Shown here piece by piece: positions 40,065-48,969 of a stretch of 64,000 nt of DNA. How positions within the stretch are numbered: the first letter of the stretch is position 1; each line of letters opens with the position of its first letter. The stretch lies in the UHGV virus genome UHGV-1351982, one strand, 5' to 3'. The DNA comes from a virus. The translations under genes and the position numbers were made by a program. The notes below the pieces were generated by a model. The model did not search any database, had not been told where the DNA came from, and worked only from the letters and a program-made list of their open reading frames with translations.

Positions 40065-40547
40065 TTAAGCCTCCAGCGCAGGGTTGATAGTTGTTACGCA
40101 CTCGTTAGAAGTAATAGAAGTAGATTTACTATCCGTTACAACAACTTTGTAAGTACCAGCATCTTCTGCAGCAGCTGTAGCTTTGTTGAAATTAGGGCCA
40201 GTAACACCACTAAGTGGAGAACCGTCTTTAGTCCAAGCATAAGTATATGGTGCAGTACCACCAGTAACTGTTACGCCCAGATTAATTGCTGCACCAGTAT
40301 CAACAGCTAGAGTTTTAGCCAGATTCTTCGTGAAAGCTAGAGCCGGAACAACCGGAGCAGTAACTTCGTATGCTTCTTTGAACTTATTCCAAACCTTGCG
40401 GTTGGTATGTGCAGTGGTCATTCCAAACTCTTTACGTAGAGTAGTGTAGTTTGGAACGAACTTGTGTGCTGCAACCGTAGCAAAGAAGATATGAGATTCT
40501 GGCAGCTTTTCACCAAAAATGGCCTTTAGACCATCATAATCAATCAT
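40065..40547 (-). CDS. capsid decoration protein (T5 pb10-like) with Ig-like domain
   Basis: 160 aa; Ig-like segment (VTGGTAPYTYAWTKDGSPLSG...AGTYKVVVTDS). Confidence 0.7.
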   Translation of the reverse strand: MIDYDGLKAIFGEKLPESHIFFATVAAHKFVPNYTTLRKEFGMTTAHTNRKVWNKFKEAYEVTAPVVPALAFTKNLAKTLAVDTGAAINLGVTVTGGTAPYTYAWTKDGSPLSGVTGPNFNKATAAAEDAGTYKVVVTDSKSTSITSNECVTTINPALEA

Positions 40548-41761
40548 TCTTTATCCCCATCGGCAGTGCCTTGCGGTCTACCACCTTCTTGACCAGATAC
40601 ACCTGTTGCAGAACCAGCAACGTTAGCAGGAATACGAATCTTATTCATCTGCTCATCATCTAAAGGTTCAAGGTTAAGCTCTTCACGAGCTTCGTTACCA
40701 GTCATGATACCGTTATTAACCAAAGAGGTTAAATGTTTAGCCTCAGCTTCTTTATCTGGCGTCAGTGCAGCTACTTCCTTAGTATTAGGAGTAACCTTGT
40801 AGCCAAAGAAGAAAGTAAGAGAACTAGTCAGCTTGTTCAGCATAGGAATGATAGTCATGTAATAGAACAATTCGATGTTTGGTCGAATGTTAGCATTATT
40901 ACCACCATCAAGTAACACTTGCGGAACACCAAAGGCAAGACAGATGGATTTATTAAATCCTTCGATATCTTCCTTGAAGTCTAGATCTTTAAAAGAGGAT
41001 ATTTGGGAGTACGGTTTTGCTTTCATACCACCATCTAGAATCAGGACAGTAGACTGACCAGTACTAGGATTATAATCGAGTTGTAATTCTTCTTGTTTAC
41101 GCTCACGCAATTTCTTGTTCAGGATTTCATCCGTCTCAAGAATAAGACCAATCACTGTGCCGTTATCGAGGAACTTCTCTTTAAAGTTAAGCATTTTAGA
41201 ACGCTTCTCAAGAGAGTCAATAACTGTAGCAACACGAGATTGTCCAGAAATTTGGGAGTTTGTGCCACACACGTAACTGTTATCCTTTATAAAGATAATC
41301 TCATCTACGCGATAGTCTATCTGGTTATTAAATATGAATTTTTTGATAAACTTATTGGCATCTGCCTCTACTTGCATTAGTGCAGCAGGGACATGGTAAA
41401 GTGCTGTGCCATCCCAATAGATGTATGCACAACCCTCAAAAAGTAGGTCAGTGACTACAAGTCTACGGAATGTGCTTATATCCATGAATGGATTAGGTCG
41501 TACATTTAAGAGAGTGTCTAGAGTCTTTGCCTTGACGCCATTAGCGTACGTGACAATATTATATTTATCTCCGACAGTATAAGAACACTCCGCCGCACTA
41601 TCGATAACCATGTTAGCAGTTCGGTTGAGAATCTCAATCTTACTGTAGGCTTGTCCAGTGGTAAATGGCTTACGGTTAGTGCGATGACTAACTGGTTCCA
41701 TGTCTCTTATAATACGTTGACCCGGATTTAGCTTTTCAGTAATCCAGCTTTTTAAACCCAT
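40544..41761 (-). CDS. portal protein (T5 pb7-like)
   Basis: 405 aa (T5 pb7 recalled as ~403 aa); position after terminase. Confidence 0.75.
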   Translation of the reverse strand: MGLKSWITEKLNPGQRIIRDMEPVSHRTNRKPFTTGQAYSKIEILNRTANMVIDSAAECSYTVGDKYNIVTYANGVKAKTLDTLLNVRPNPFMDISTFRRLVVTDLLFEGCAYIYWDGTALYHVPAALMQVEADANKFIKKFIFNNQIDYRVDEIIFIKDNSYVCGTNSQISGQSRVATVIDSLEKRSKMLNFKEKFLDNGTVIGLILETDEILNKKLRERKQEELQLDYNPSTGQSTVLILDGGMKAKPYSQISSFKDLDFKEDIEGFNKSICLAFGVPQVLLDGGNNANIRPNIELFYYMTIIPMLNKLTSSLTFFFGYKVTPNTKEVAALTPDKEAEAKHLTSLVNNGIMTGNEAREELNLEPLDDEQMNKIRIPANVAGSATGVSGQEGGRPQGTADGDKE

Positions 41762-42285
41762 TATAAGAACCTTGCGAATCCTGATTTAATTTCAGTCTTG
41801 ACTTGTGTCTTTTCTTGAGGATTCTGTAGCTTTTCCTTTTGTTTAAGAACCCATACCTTCTGCTTATTAGCAGAGAAAAGGGGAGGTTCTTTAGTGTACA
41901 CCTTATGTAATAGTTGGTGATGGTGGACACAAAGGGTAACAGTGTCATCTACTAGCTCATGCCTATATCTTTCATAGAATGCCGTCCTATTTGAGAGGAC
42001 TGTTTCTTCGTCAGTGAAATCCAACTGGAGTTCTTTAGCAAATTTTTTAACTAGTAGAGACACTGTATGGTAATGATGAAGCTCTAATTCTTCACCACAA
42101 CCACAGATTTCGCAGCGATCGGCTTTTTTATATTGACTTTTTATACCGTCTCGCATGAGTGATATAGCATCACGTTTATATTTTACATTTCCTGCCACAG
42201 TATTCTCCTCAACTGTATGAATATAGTATACATAATCATGTCGAATTTGTAAAGGGGATTTTAAAATGCAGGAATGGGATACCAA
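41761..42285 (-). CDS. HNH endonuclease
   Basis: 174 aa; Cys pairs and His-rich HNH core (CEICGCGEELELHHYH ... LCVHHHQLLH); sits between large terminase and portal. Confidence 0.6.
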   Translation of the reverse strand: MVSHSCILKSPLQIRHDYVYYIHTVEENTVAGNVKYKRDAISLMRDGIKSQYKKADRCEICGCGEELELHHYHTVSLLVKKFAKELQLDFTDEETVLSNRTAFYERYRHELVDDTVTLCVHHHQLLHKVYTKEPPLFSANKQKVWVLKQKEKLQNPQEKTQVKTEIKSGFARFL

Positions 42286-42312
42286 CTGAGTAGTATCCCA
42301 TCCTATACTTAT

Positions 42313-43629
42313 TTATTTCCCACGGGAAATTGAGTAAATTCCATAACGCAGTGCGTCACAAAGGTGAGAGTTCGCATCATGACGTGGTTTTTCACGTGAT
42401 AATTTCTCTTCGCCTTCCTGGAAGTCCCACTTGTAGTTCGCTAGGGCGTGGATCAATGAGGTACATGAAGCATCTACGATGATCTTGCCTTGCTGGAACA
42501 GTGCTTGCAGACATGCCAAACCATCTAGGACAGATTTCTTAGCAGGTGCAGAAGCGATTTCATGTTCATATGCTAAGTCCTGACGGAACTGAGCAGCAGC
42601 GGAGTCTACAAATATACGATCAACATTATAACGATCTATGCAGTGTTGGATATAAGCAGCGTGTTGAGCTGTAGTCTTTTCAGCTTGCTGATATTCTTCC
42701 AGTACGTAATAAACATCAGTATCATAGTGATACTTGATAGTAAGAACTGCTGTAGGGTCACGATAACCAACGTCGATACCAAGTAATGTTTCGAAAGCCT
42801 CATCATCTTTAAAGAAGTGGCGCATACCTTTGAGGTCTTTAACATGTTCGATAGCATTGAAGGTGTCAAAGATCTGACCTTCGAATACAGAGAAGTCAGC
42901 CTCATATTCTTGACGGAAGTAGTTTTTACTAACAGTACGACGCGCTTCTTCGATATCGTTCAGATCAGCACGTGGGTTATCACGATATGTACCATGAATA
43001 GATACCCAGTTAGGTAGCGTTTCGTTAAATCCTTTCTCATAGAACTCTTTAAACCAGTTACCACCACGAGGTGTGGAAATAAACAGAGCTTTAGAGTTTG
43101 GCTTATCTAGAGTAGGACGTAACTGAATATCGAAAGCTGCACCACCAACGTCGGAAATCGCTGCTTCGTCAAAAATGATGAAGTCATATGAACGACCAAC
43201 CGCGGAGTCAGCCTGCGCCGCAGAAGCCAGCTTAAAGAGAGAGCCGTTTGCTAGCTCAATCTCTTTATCTTTGGCGTTCTCACGTTCAGTCTGTAGTCCA
43301 TACTTCTTAATAAGACCACGAATCTGTGACCAACCGATGTTAGCCAGTGAGTAGTTAGGTGCAACTACCAGCACCTTCACATTGGGTTCCAGAAGTTTTA
43401 GGAACCCAAGTGTATATGCGATGAATGACTTACCTACACGACGTGATACACATGCAGTCACGAAGCGGTGTCTTGGGTCTTCCAGCGCATTAATGATTGC
43501 AATCTGAGGGGCATTAGGTGTAATTCCCTCTTGAGCTAGAATGCTAGAGACTGGCAGACGGAAGAATCGTTTGTCAATACCAAAGTCAATAACATCTGTG
43601 GTGTTAATATAGTCTCTAGAGACTTTCAT
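42313..43629 (-). CDS. terminase large subunit
   Basis: 438 aa; Walker A-like (VSRRVGKSF); nuclease-type acidic residues C-terminally; canonical position. Confidence 0.85.
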   Translation of the reverse strand: MKVSRDYINTTDVIDFGIDKRFFRLPVSSILAQEGITPNAPQIAIINALEDPRHRFVTACVSRRVGKSFIAYTLGFLKLLEPNVKVLVVAPNYSLANIGWSQIRGLIKKYGLQTERENAKDKEIELANGSLFKLASAAQADSAVGRSYDFIIFDEAAISDVGGAAFDIQLRPTLDKPNSKALFISTPRGGNWFKEFYEKGFNETLPNWVSIHGTYRDNPRADLNDIEEARRTVSKNYFRQEYEADFSVFEGQIFDTFNAIEHVKDLKGMRHFFKDDEAFETLLGIDVGYRDPTAVLTIKYHYDTDVYYVLEEYQQAEKTTAQHAAYIQHCIDRYNVDRIFVDSAAAQFRQDLAYEHEIASAPAKKSVLDGLACLQALFQQGKIIVDASCTSLIHALANYKWDFQEGEEKLSREKPRHDANSHLCDALRYGIYSISRGK

Positions 43630-44111
43630 TATCTCTTACCTCCTCCTGCTAGAGCGGTAATAAGATTCATATAGTTTTCGTCACCACTTCCAGCAATAAT
43701 ATTATTCTGAATATTAGTCTGGTTAGCCGGAGTACGGGCTGCTGCCTTCACTTTCTCCAGTTCTACCATCATTTTCATTTCTTCCATCTTCATCTTGTGC
43801 GCCTTCCAGAGAATATCCATGATATCCTGGTCAGAACCCATGCCAGTTTCTTCGAGTTCTTCCAACTTGCGCTTGATAACTTCATCAAGAACTCCGAATA
43901 AGCGGTCACGATTACGGAAGCCGCTTTCCATAAAGATATCGTTAAGATAGTTTTTAACTTCCCCACGATTCATTATATCACGGAATGCAATCTCGGACAT
44001 CCCAAGACTACGAGCAGCGGCAGGAACATCACTACCGCACTGTAAATAGGCTTCAATAACATCCATGCCTTCGGGAGACATGAGATCGGGAACTAATACA
44101 TCATTTGCCAT
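43629..44111 (-). CDS. terminase small subunit (putative)
   Basis: 160 aa; N-terminal HTH-like region; stop overlaps large terminase start. Confidence 0.6.
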   Translation of the reverse strand: MANDVLVPDLMSPEGMDVIEAYLQCGSDVPAAARSLGMSEIAFRDIMNRGEVKNYLNDIFMESGFRNRDRLFGVLDEVIKRKLEELEETGMGSDQDIMDILWKAHKMKMEEMKMMVELEKVKAAARTPANQTNIQNNIIAGSGDENYMNLITALAGGGKR

Positions 44112-44121
44112 ATATCCTCCT

Positions 44122-45903
44122 TTAGGTTAGGCGTTGAACTGTTACACGTAGTCTTGGCAAGAAAACAGCTGCCGCTTCTGCAGCGTGAATGATAACACCC
44201 AACTCAACGTTGCCATTACCAAGGTTTTTAATAGTATAAATATATCCGTTCCTACGGAAAGCAAACTTATCAGGCCTACTAGCCCAAGTTTGTGTATAAC
44301 TATAGGAAGTTGTACTGTGATAAGGTACTAGATATCCAGGTGGCAGAGTAAGAATCTGGTGGAATACACCATCACCAGCTGTATAACTTTGTTGACGTCT
44401 ACCTTGTACCTGCCAAGCGCTACCGCCGTAAGTACGCACAGGCATTCCAGCAGTATTAAGATTACCCATAATAACTTCAGTAGTTAATATAACGGTAGAG
44501 TGAGCATTAGGTAATCCTAACCAAACAGTGGCCAAAGGTGTATAGAAGTCACCAGCACCAGGGTAGGAAGGAGTTATATCATCACCAACATAAGTACTTG
44601 CAACGTTGCCTGGAAATAACCTGAGGGGTACAGTACTAGGACTCCACACAGGTCCATGTTCATTACCGATGGAGTTGGTATTAGTATCTACATACCATTG
44701 TTTACCTACACCAAATTTATATAAGCTAATTTGAGAAGCTGCACCCCCATAGTTAACAGGAGACCACAACCCGCCATTACTAGAGCCGATAAATTCACAT
44801 CGTGCAGTATTATCACCAAAAACTCCGGTATACGCAGCGTTATTACCAACATACTCCATATCAGGGCGATAGCCTAAGTTTCCAAAGGCATTCTGGTTAA
44901 TGAATTTATATCCTGTATTTGGTAAACTAACACCTTTAATAGTAAAGTTAGATGGAGATATTAGGATATCTGAACCGGTAAATGGATTACCAGAAACTCC
45001 CATACTACCATTAGAATAGCGCAGATTTAGCACATACCAAATAACCTTAGTTGGCGTAACGTTATACCAGTCCTGTACATATACCTTTCTAGCAGACTGA
45101 GCAGCCATATTAGAAGTAGAACCTCTACAAACATATATTTTTTTTGGATATGCAGGAGATTGGTAAAGAACGTTTACGTTATCTGGTAGTACACCTTTCT
45201 TACCTGCAAAGCCACGAATATTAGAATTACAAACATAAAACCAATCATGGCCTCTACCAGCAGAACCAACAGGCGCCTGCCAGTTAGGTTCCCAATAATC
45301 TGCGTTACCACCATCTAAAGGAACAGTAGAGACACCAGTTGGAAAACCCATAAGACTCCAGGCTCTGGCAATGGCTTCACCAGCAGAAACACCACCAGGT
45401 CTAAAGATCTGGAAACCAGAGGACTGTAGTAAACTGCCTCCAGAACCTTGCCGAGCAATAGATTCCTCATGACCAAGACCACCATTATAGATATAGGTAC
45501 CATGAGCTAAACTATCACCGATCGCAAAAGCAGATGTTACAGATAATTCAGCACCAGCACGTGGTTGGTCTTCAAAGAATGATAAGAACTGGCCAACCTG
45601 AGATTGTGTACCATTAAGGAAACCCCTATGAGTACCATTTATCTCAATAGCAGTTAATATAACTCTACCAGGATCATTGGATTTAATGTTTATAATATCC
45701 CAAGGCATCTGAGTAACAAAGTACCCATTACCTGCATCACCTAGGGCAGCCTCATAAGTCCCATCAACTAGGACGAAGGGCATATCTGAGTGGAAGATAC
45801 TATTAGTATTTGGAGAGTAGTGCTGATTTATATCACCACCATTAGCAGCGTTTAGAGATAATACAGTTTTACCATCACTAAATTTTCCTGCGAAAAAACT
45901 CAT
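44122..45903 (-). CDS. receptor-binding tail protein (T5 pb5-like)
   Basis: 593 aa; Gly/Asn/Ser-rich; N-terminus MSFFAGK... resembles what I recall of T5 pb5; divergent from a lipoprotein gene, as for oad/llp in T5. Confidence 0.6.
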   Translation of the reverse strand: MSFFAGKFSDGKTVLSLNAANGGDINQHYSPNTNSIFHSDMPFVLVDGTYEAALGDAGNGYFVTQMPWDIINIKSNDPGRVILTAIEINGTHRGFLNGTQSQVGQFLSFFEDQPRAGAELSVTSAFAIGDSLAHGTYIYNGGLGHEESIARQGSGGSLLQSSGFQIFRPGGVSAGEAIARAWSLMGFPTGVSTVPLDGGNADYWEPNWQAPVGSAGRGHDWFYVCNSNIRGFAGKKGVLPDNVNVLYQSPAYPKKIYVCRGSTSNMAAQSARKVYVQDWYNVTPTKVIWYVLNLRYSNGSMGVSGNPFTGSDILISPSNFTIKGVSLPNTGYKFINQNAFGNLGYRPDMEYVGNNAAYTGVFGDNTARCEFIGSSNGGLWSPVNYGGAASQISLYKFGVGKQWYVDTNTNSIGNEHGPVWSPSTVPLRLFPGNVASTYVGDDITPSYPGAGDFYTPLATVWLGLPNAHSTVILTTEVIMGNLNTAGMPVRTYGGSAWQVQGRRQQSYTAGDGVFHQILTLPPGYLVPYHSTTSYSYTQTWASRPDKFAFRRNGYIYTIKNLGNGNVELGVIIHAAEAAAVFLPRLRVTVQRLT

Positions 45904-45927
45904 ACAATCTCCTTCTTTAAAAATGTA

Positions 45928-45959
45928 TTTGCTTAGATCCCTCTATTTTGCTATAATAT
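45928..45959 (+). promoter_or_regulatory. sigma70-type promoter for the lipoprotein gene (TTGCTT -35, TGCTATAAT -10)
   Basis: Conserved downstream box ATATTTATAAATTAAACAGAGGA; lies in the divergent region shared with the receptor-binding gene. Confidence 0.65.
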
Positions 45960-45986
45960 ATTTATAAATTAAACAGAGGAACGATT

Positions 45987-46253
45987 ATGAAAAAGTTACT
46001 AGCTATCGTAGTTGCAGCAGTAGTGTTGACTGGTTGTGTGCCAGCTCCCGAGCCATTTTGTAGGGCATATGTGAAGTCTTATGGTCATGTTGGTGAAGAA
46101 CACTACGCTTTAGATATTCGAGAAGCACGTACTGTGGGCTACCGATTCCCTAAAACTCAGTTACGCACTAAGTTTGGGTGGTGGGATTTGTCACAGTTTG
46201 ATCTCAAATATGGCGATTGCAAATTTAAACTAGAACAATCTGGTCACTTGTAA
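45987..46253 (+). CDS. llp: lipoprotein, Llp-like (candidate receptor-blocking / superinfection-exclusion protein)
   Basis: 88 aa; signal peptide with lipobox (AVVLTG-C); conserved early promoter upstream; divergent from receptor-binding gene. Confidence 0.7.
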   Translation: MKKLLAIVVAAVVLTGCVPAPEPFCRAYVKSYGHVGEEHYALDIREARTVGYRFPKTQLRTKFGWWDLSQFDLKYGDCKFKLEQSGHL

Positions 46254-46327
46254 TTAGTATAAAGTAAAAAGATCTCGAAGTAAACAAAAATTTTTATTTC
46301 TGGGATGAGGTACAGGTAGCAAACACA

Positions 46328-46642
46328 ATGCAAGATGAAGAAAAGTCCTTTCAGGAACCTGTTAACTTTGAAATAGATCCCAGGACTAAAGCAATACATG
46401 ATGCGATTAACGAAATCATTCAAGACGTCATAGAAGATACAATGGAAGATGTGATGGGAACATCCTTCTTACTAGAAGAATCCGGCTTCGATGAAGTAAT
46501 GGATCTTATCGGGACAGTCATAATGGTTCGTGCAATTGCTAGGATATTCCAAATACCAGGACTACAGGAGAAGCAAAGAGATGTCAGACGACAACAGAAG
46601 AAAGAACAGACGCGGGGAAGTGTACGAAAGTTGGATAAATAG
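46328..46642 (+). CDS. hypothetical acidic protein
   Basis: 104 aa ORF; overlaps the next small gene in another frame. Confidence 0.4.
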   Translation: MQDEEKSFQEPVNFEIDPRTKAIHDAINEIIQDVIEDTMEDVMGTSFLLEESGFDEVMDLIGTVIMVRAIARIFQIPGLQEKQRDVRRQQKKEQTRGSVRKLDK

Positions 46643-46715
46643 TTTCGGATTCGGGACTGTATTATTCTTTATCTTTGTACTCTTTTGGTTAGCGGCTATG
46701 GCGGGATGGTTATAA
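46581..46715 (+). CDS. small membrane protein
   Basis: ATG at 46581 after GGAGAAG inside track ORF 46530-46715; basic N-terminus then one hydrophobic helix. Confidence 0.4.
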   Translation: MSDDNRRKNRRGEVYESWINSFGFGTVLFFIFVLFWLAAMAGWL

Positions 46716-46819
46716 TGGAAGTAGTAATTATTGCTTTACTAGTTGTGGTACTTATCGGGCAGTGCATCTTAGACAACCACTTAGCTCGTATCGAACGTAA
46801 GCTGCGGGGAGACAAATAA
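46715..46819 (+). CDS. small membrane protein (34 aa)
   Basis: Not in track (below size cutoff); ATG overlaps upstream stop (TAATG); hydrophobic N-terminus MEVVIIALLVVVLIG. Confidence 0.4.
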   Translation: MEVVIIALLVVVLIGQCILDNHLARIERKLRGDK

Positions 46820-47013
46820 TGGATTGGTTAGGACTTATTACACTTGTAGTATGGCTTGTCTGGATTGTTGGATATATGACTTCACATCGTAACCGTATAC
46901 AGCGGCTAGAGGATAAAGTCACCCAGCTTAATATTAATATGGATAAGTTACTGGACTCCCAACGTAATGATCGGGCACGTATTCACCAACTTGAGAGGGA
47001 ATTAGATGTTTAG
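46819..47013 (+). CDS. small membrane protein
   Basis: 64 aa; start overlaps upstream stop (TAATG); N-terminal TM helix followed by a charged helical tail. Confidence 0.5.
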   Translation: MDWLGLITLVVWLVWIVGYMTSHRNRIQRLEDKVTQLNINMDKLLDSQRNDRARIHQLERELDV

Positions 47014-47233
47014 CTTTGTAGCTATCTTCATTATCGGGGTGCTTGCGGGAATCTTCGGAACACTCGGGGCTATTAACAAGCATCGTGAATACGTTGCGGG
47101 AGTATCGCGGGAGCTTTCGGAAAGGGAGCGGAAGTTTGCGGAGAAACGTGCGGAGTTTGAGCGAGAGTGGTCGGATGGATCTCGGGCGTCGCAGAGGAGG
47201 TTTCGGGCTGATTCCGTGAGTTCTCCTAAGTAG
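47006..47233 (+). CDS. small membrane protein
   Basis: 75 aa; N-terminal TM helix, Arg/Glu-rich tail; followed by strong terminator. Confidence 0.5.
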   Translation: MFSFVAIFIIGVLAGIFGTLGAINKHREYVAGVSRELSERERKFAEKRAEFEREWSDGSRASQRRFRADSVSSPK

Positions 47234-47340
47234 CGCTAATTTGACTTTTGCCAAATCTCATAAGATTACACATGAAGGTGTGCCCAGAGGTTCCCTAGAT
47301 GAGAATGAGTCTCATTACCGCCCCCTTACTTAGCAAGCTA

Positions 47341-47390
47341 ATAGTCACACCATGTTATCATTACACAGTGTGACTATTTTATTTTTAATT
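47341..47390 (+). terminator. intrinsic terminator after small-membrane-protein genes
   Basis: 10-bp stem ATAGTCACAC/GTGTGACTAT followed by TTTTATTTTT. Confidence 0.6.
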
Positions 47391-47391
47391 G

Positions 47392-48126
47392 TTAGGCAAC
47401 TTTTAATTTATCAATGAATTGTTGCGGTGTGGTACTATATTCCGCGCGTTCTTCCTCGGTCATACCTTCCCAACACATTTTTAAACGTTCGGCTAGGAAT
47501 TGATAATCGTTATCATCATCAAGCGATTCATCAATAAAGGTTTCACCGATCAATGTTACGCCGATTGATAGGATATCGTTAACGGCTTGAGCATCCAGCG
47601 TTTTAAATCCAGCACTTGCCGCCGCTGATAATACACCTTTATGATCATCAATCATTGTAAAATCAGCATTAGGATATAGCTGTTTAAACAGTTCAAAGTA
47701 ATAAGATTTATATACAGCGTCTTTACTGTGGTATATTTCGCTAACCTTATTTGCATCAAAGTATTTATGTAATGTATCGCGGGAAAATACGCGAATATTA
47801 CTATTTCCGCGCCCTCGCAAGCCTTGTTTGCGTAAATAAAAATAATCGCTTTTAGACATTAGGCGCGCGGTACAAATAATATTTAAAGTATTTGCATCAT
47901 TCATACATTGGCGCATATATTCAACCAATGGCAATAAAGAATCCTGCATAATTAAATCATGCTTGCAGGCTTCGCGGGAATATTTATTTAAATCTAAATT
48001 CCCATTATCATCAAAACAAGGCCCGACACGGTGCATTGAGTTAATGATTGTACCGTCTAAATCCCAAATCATAACGCGGGAAATATGCGGGAAAGTGCGG
48101 GTAATATTCATGTTGACTTGATTCAT
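47392..48126 (-). CDS. dmp: 5'-deoxyribonucleotidase, HAD-like (T5 Dmp-like)
   Basis: 244 aa; HAD motif I (VMIWDLDGTI); pre-early gene neighbourhood with A1/A2 homologues. Confidence 0.7.
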   Translation of the reverse strand: MNQVNMNITRTFPHISRVMIWDLDGTIINSMHRVGPCFDDNGNLDLNKYSREACKHDLIMQDSLLPLVEYMRQCMNDANTLNIICTARLMSKSDYFYLRKQGLRGRGNSNIRVFSRDTLHKYFDANKVSEIYHSKDAVYKSYYFELFKQLYPNADFTMIDDHKGVLSAAASAGFKTLDAQAVNDILSIGVTLIGETFIDESLDDDNDYQFLAERLKMCWEGMTEEERAEYSTTPQQFIDKLKVA

Positions 48127-48213
48127 TTGTTACATTCTCCATTTAAGGGATTTAGGTTAATTCAATCTTGCCAGCTAATTATATTGGATTAGCTGGCAAT
48201 GTTCAATTAACTA

Positions 48214-48606
48214 TTAATTAGTGAGGCCATACGCTAGCGCGTCACCAATAAAGCTAAGATCTTCACCATGTACGCTAGAACGAATCCCCGCGCAAGTGTA
48301 GACCATCGCGCTAGCTTCTGGATTGCAGACCGGACACGGCTTAACAACCGCAAACGCTAGACCGGATTTAAGCGCATCAATAATAATTGTTTGTACTGTT
48401 AAAGTATCAGCGTAAACACCTTTTGCTTTTGTATGGCTTGCCACTTTGCCGGTATCATAAGCAAAGGTAGTAACCTGCAAAACGTCGTTATAATTCAGCA
48501 AATCGAAATTAACTTGCCCCGCCTCGACGTGATAACGTTCGCCATTAGAATAAACTAGAACGATGGAAGAAGTAGCGCGGTCAAAAGGAATGCTTTGGTT
48601 TTTCAT
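48214..48606 (-). CDS. hypothetical protein
   Basis: 130 aa ORF in pre-early operon. Confidence 0.5.
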   Translation of the reverse strand: MKNQSIPFDRATSSIVLVYSNGERYHVEAGQVNFDLLNYNDVLQVTTFAYDTGKVASHTKAKGVYADTLTVQTIIIDALKSGLAFAVVKPCPVCNPEASAMVYTCAGIRSSVHGEDLSFIGDALAYGLTN

Positions 48607-48638
48607 GTTTATGACTCCAGATTATTTAATTACGGGAT

Positions 48639-48917
48639 TTATTGAAAAAATACATTTAAAGATAAATCAGTTTTACGAAAATATGTTTCGTCGCCGTCTT
48701 TCCTTTCTTGATTAAGGTAATCGCCTGTCATTACCTGAATAGAATCTTTTCCGAAAAAGATCATATTTTCGCCAATATTACTATCCCATACGGCGTACAT
48801 TCCCGCGTACATTCCACGGGTAACTAAATAAACGCAACTATCAAAAGACATTTCAGACCATGCAATATCTTCTAAACAATTGCTATCAGGGATAGATATA
48901 TTAATTTTACTAGCCAT
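48639..48917 (-). CDS. hypothetical protein
   Basis: 92 aa ORF in pre-early operon. Confidence 0.5.
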   Translation of the reverse strand: MASKINISIPDSNCLEDIAWSEMSFDSCVYLVTRGMYAGMYAVWDSNIGENMIFFGKDSIQVMTGDYLNQERKDGDETYFRKTDLSLNVFFQ

Positions 48918-48969
48918 TTAATAAACCTTTTATTAATGGCGGTATATTTCAACCGCCGATTAAATTTAA

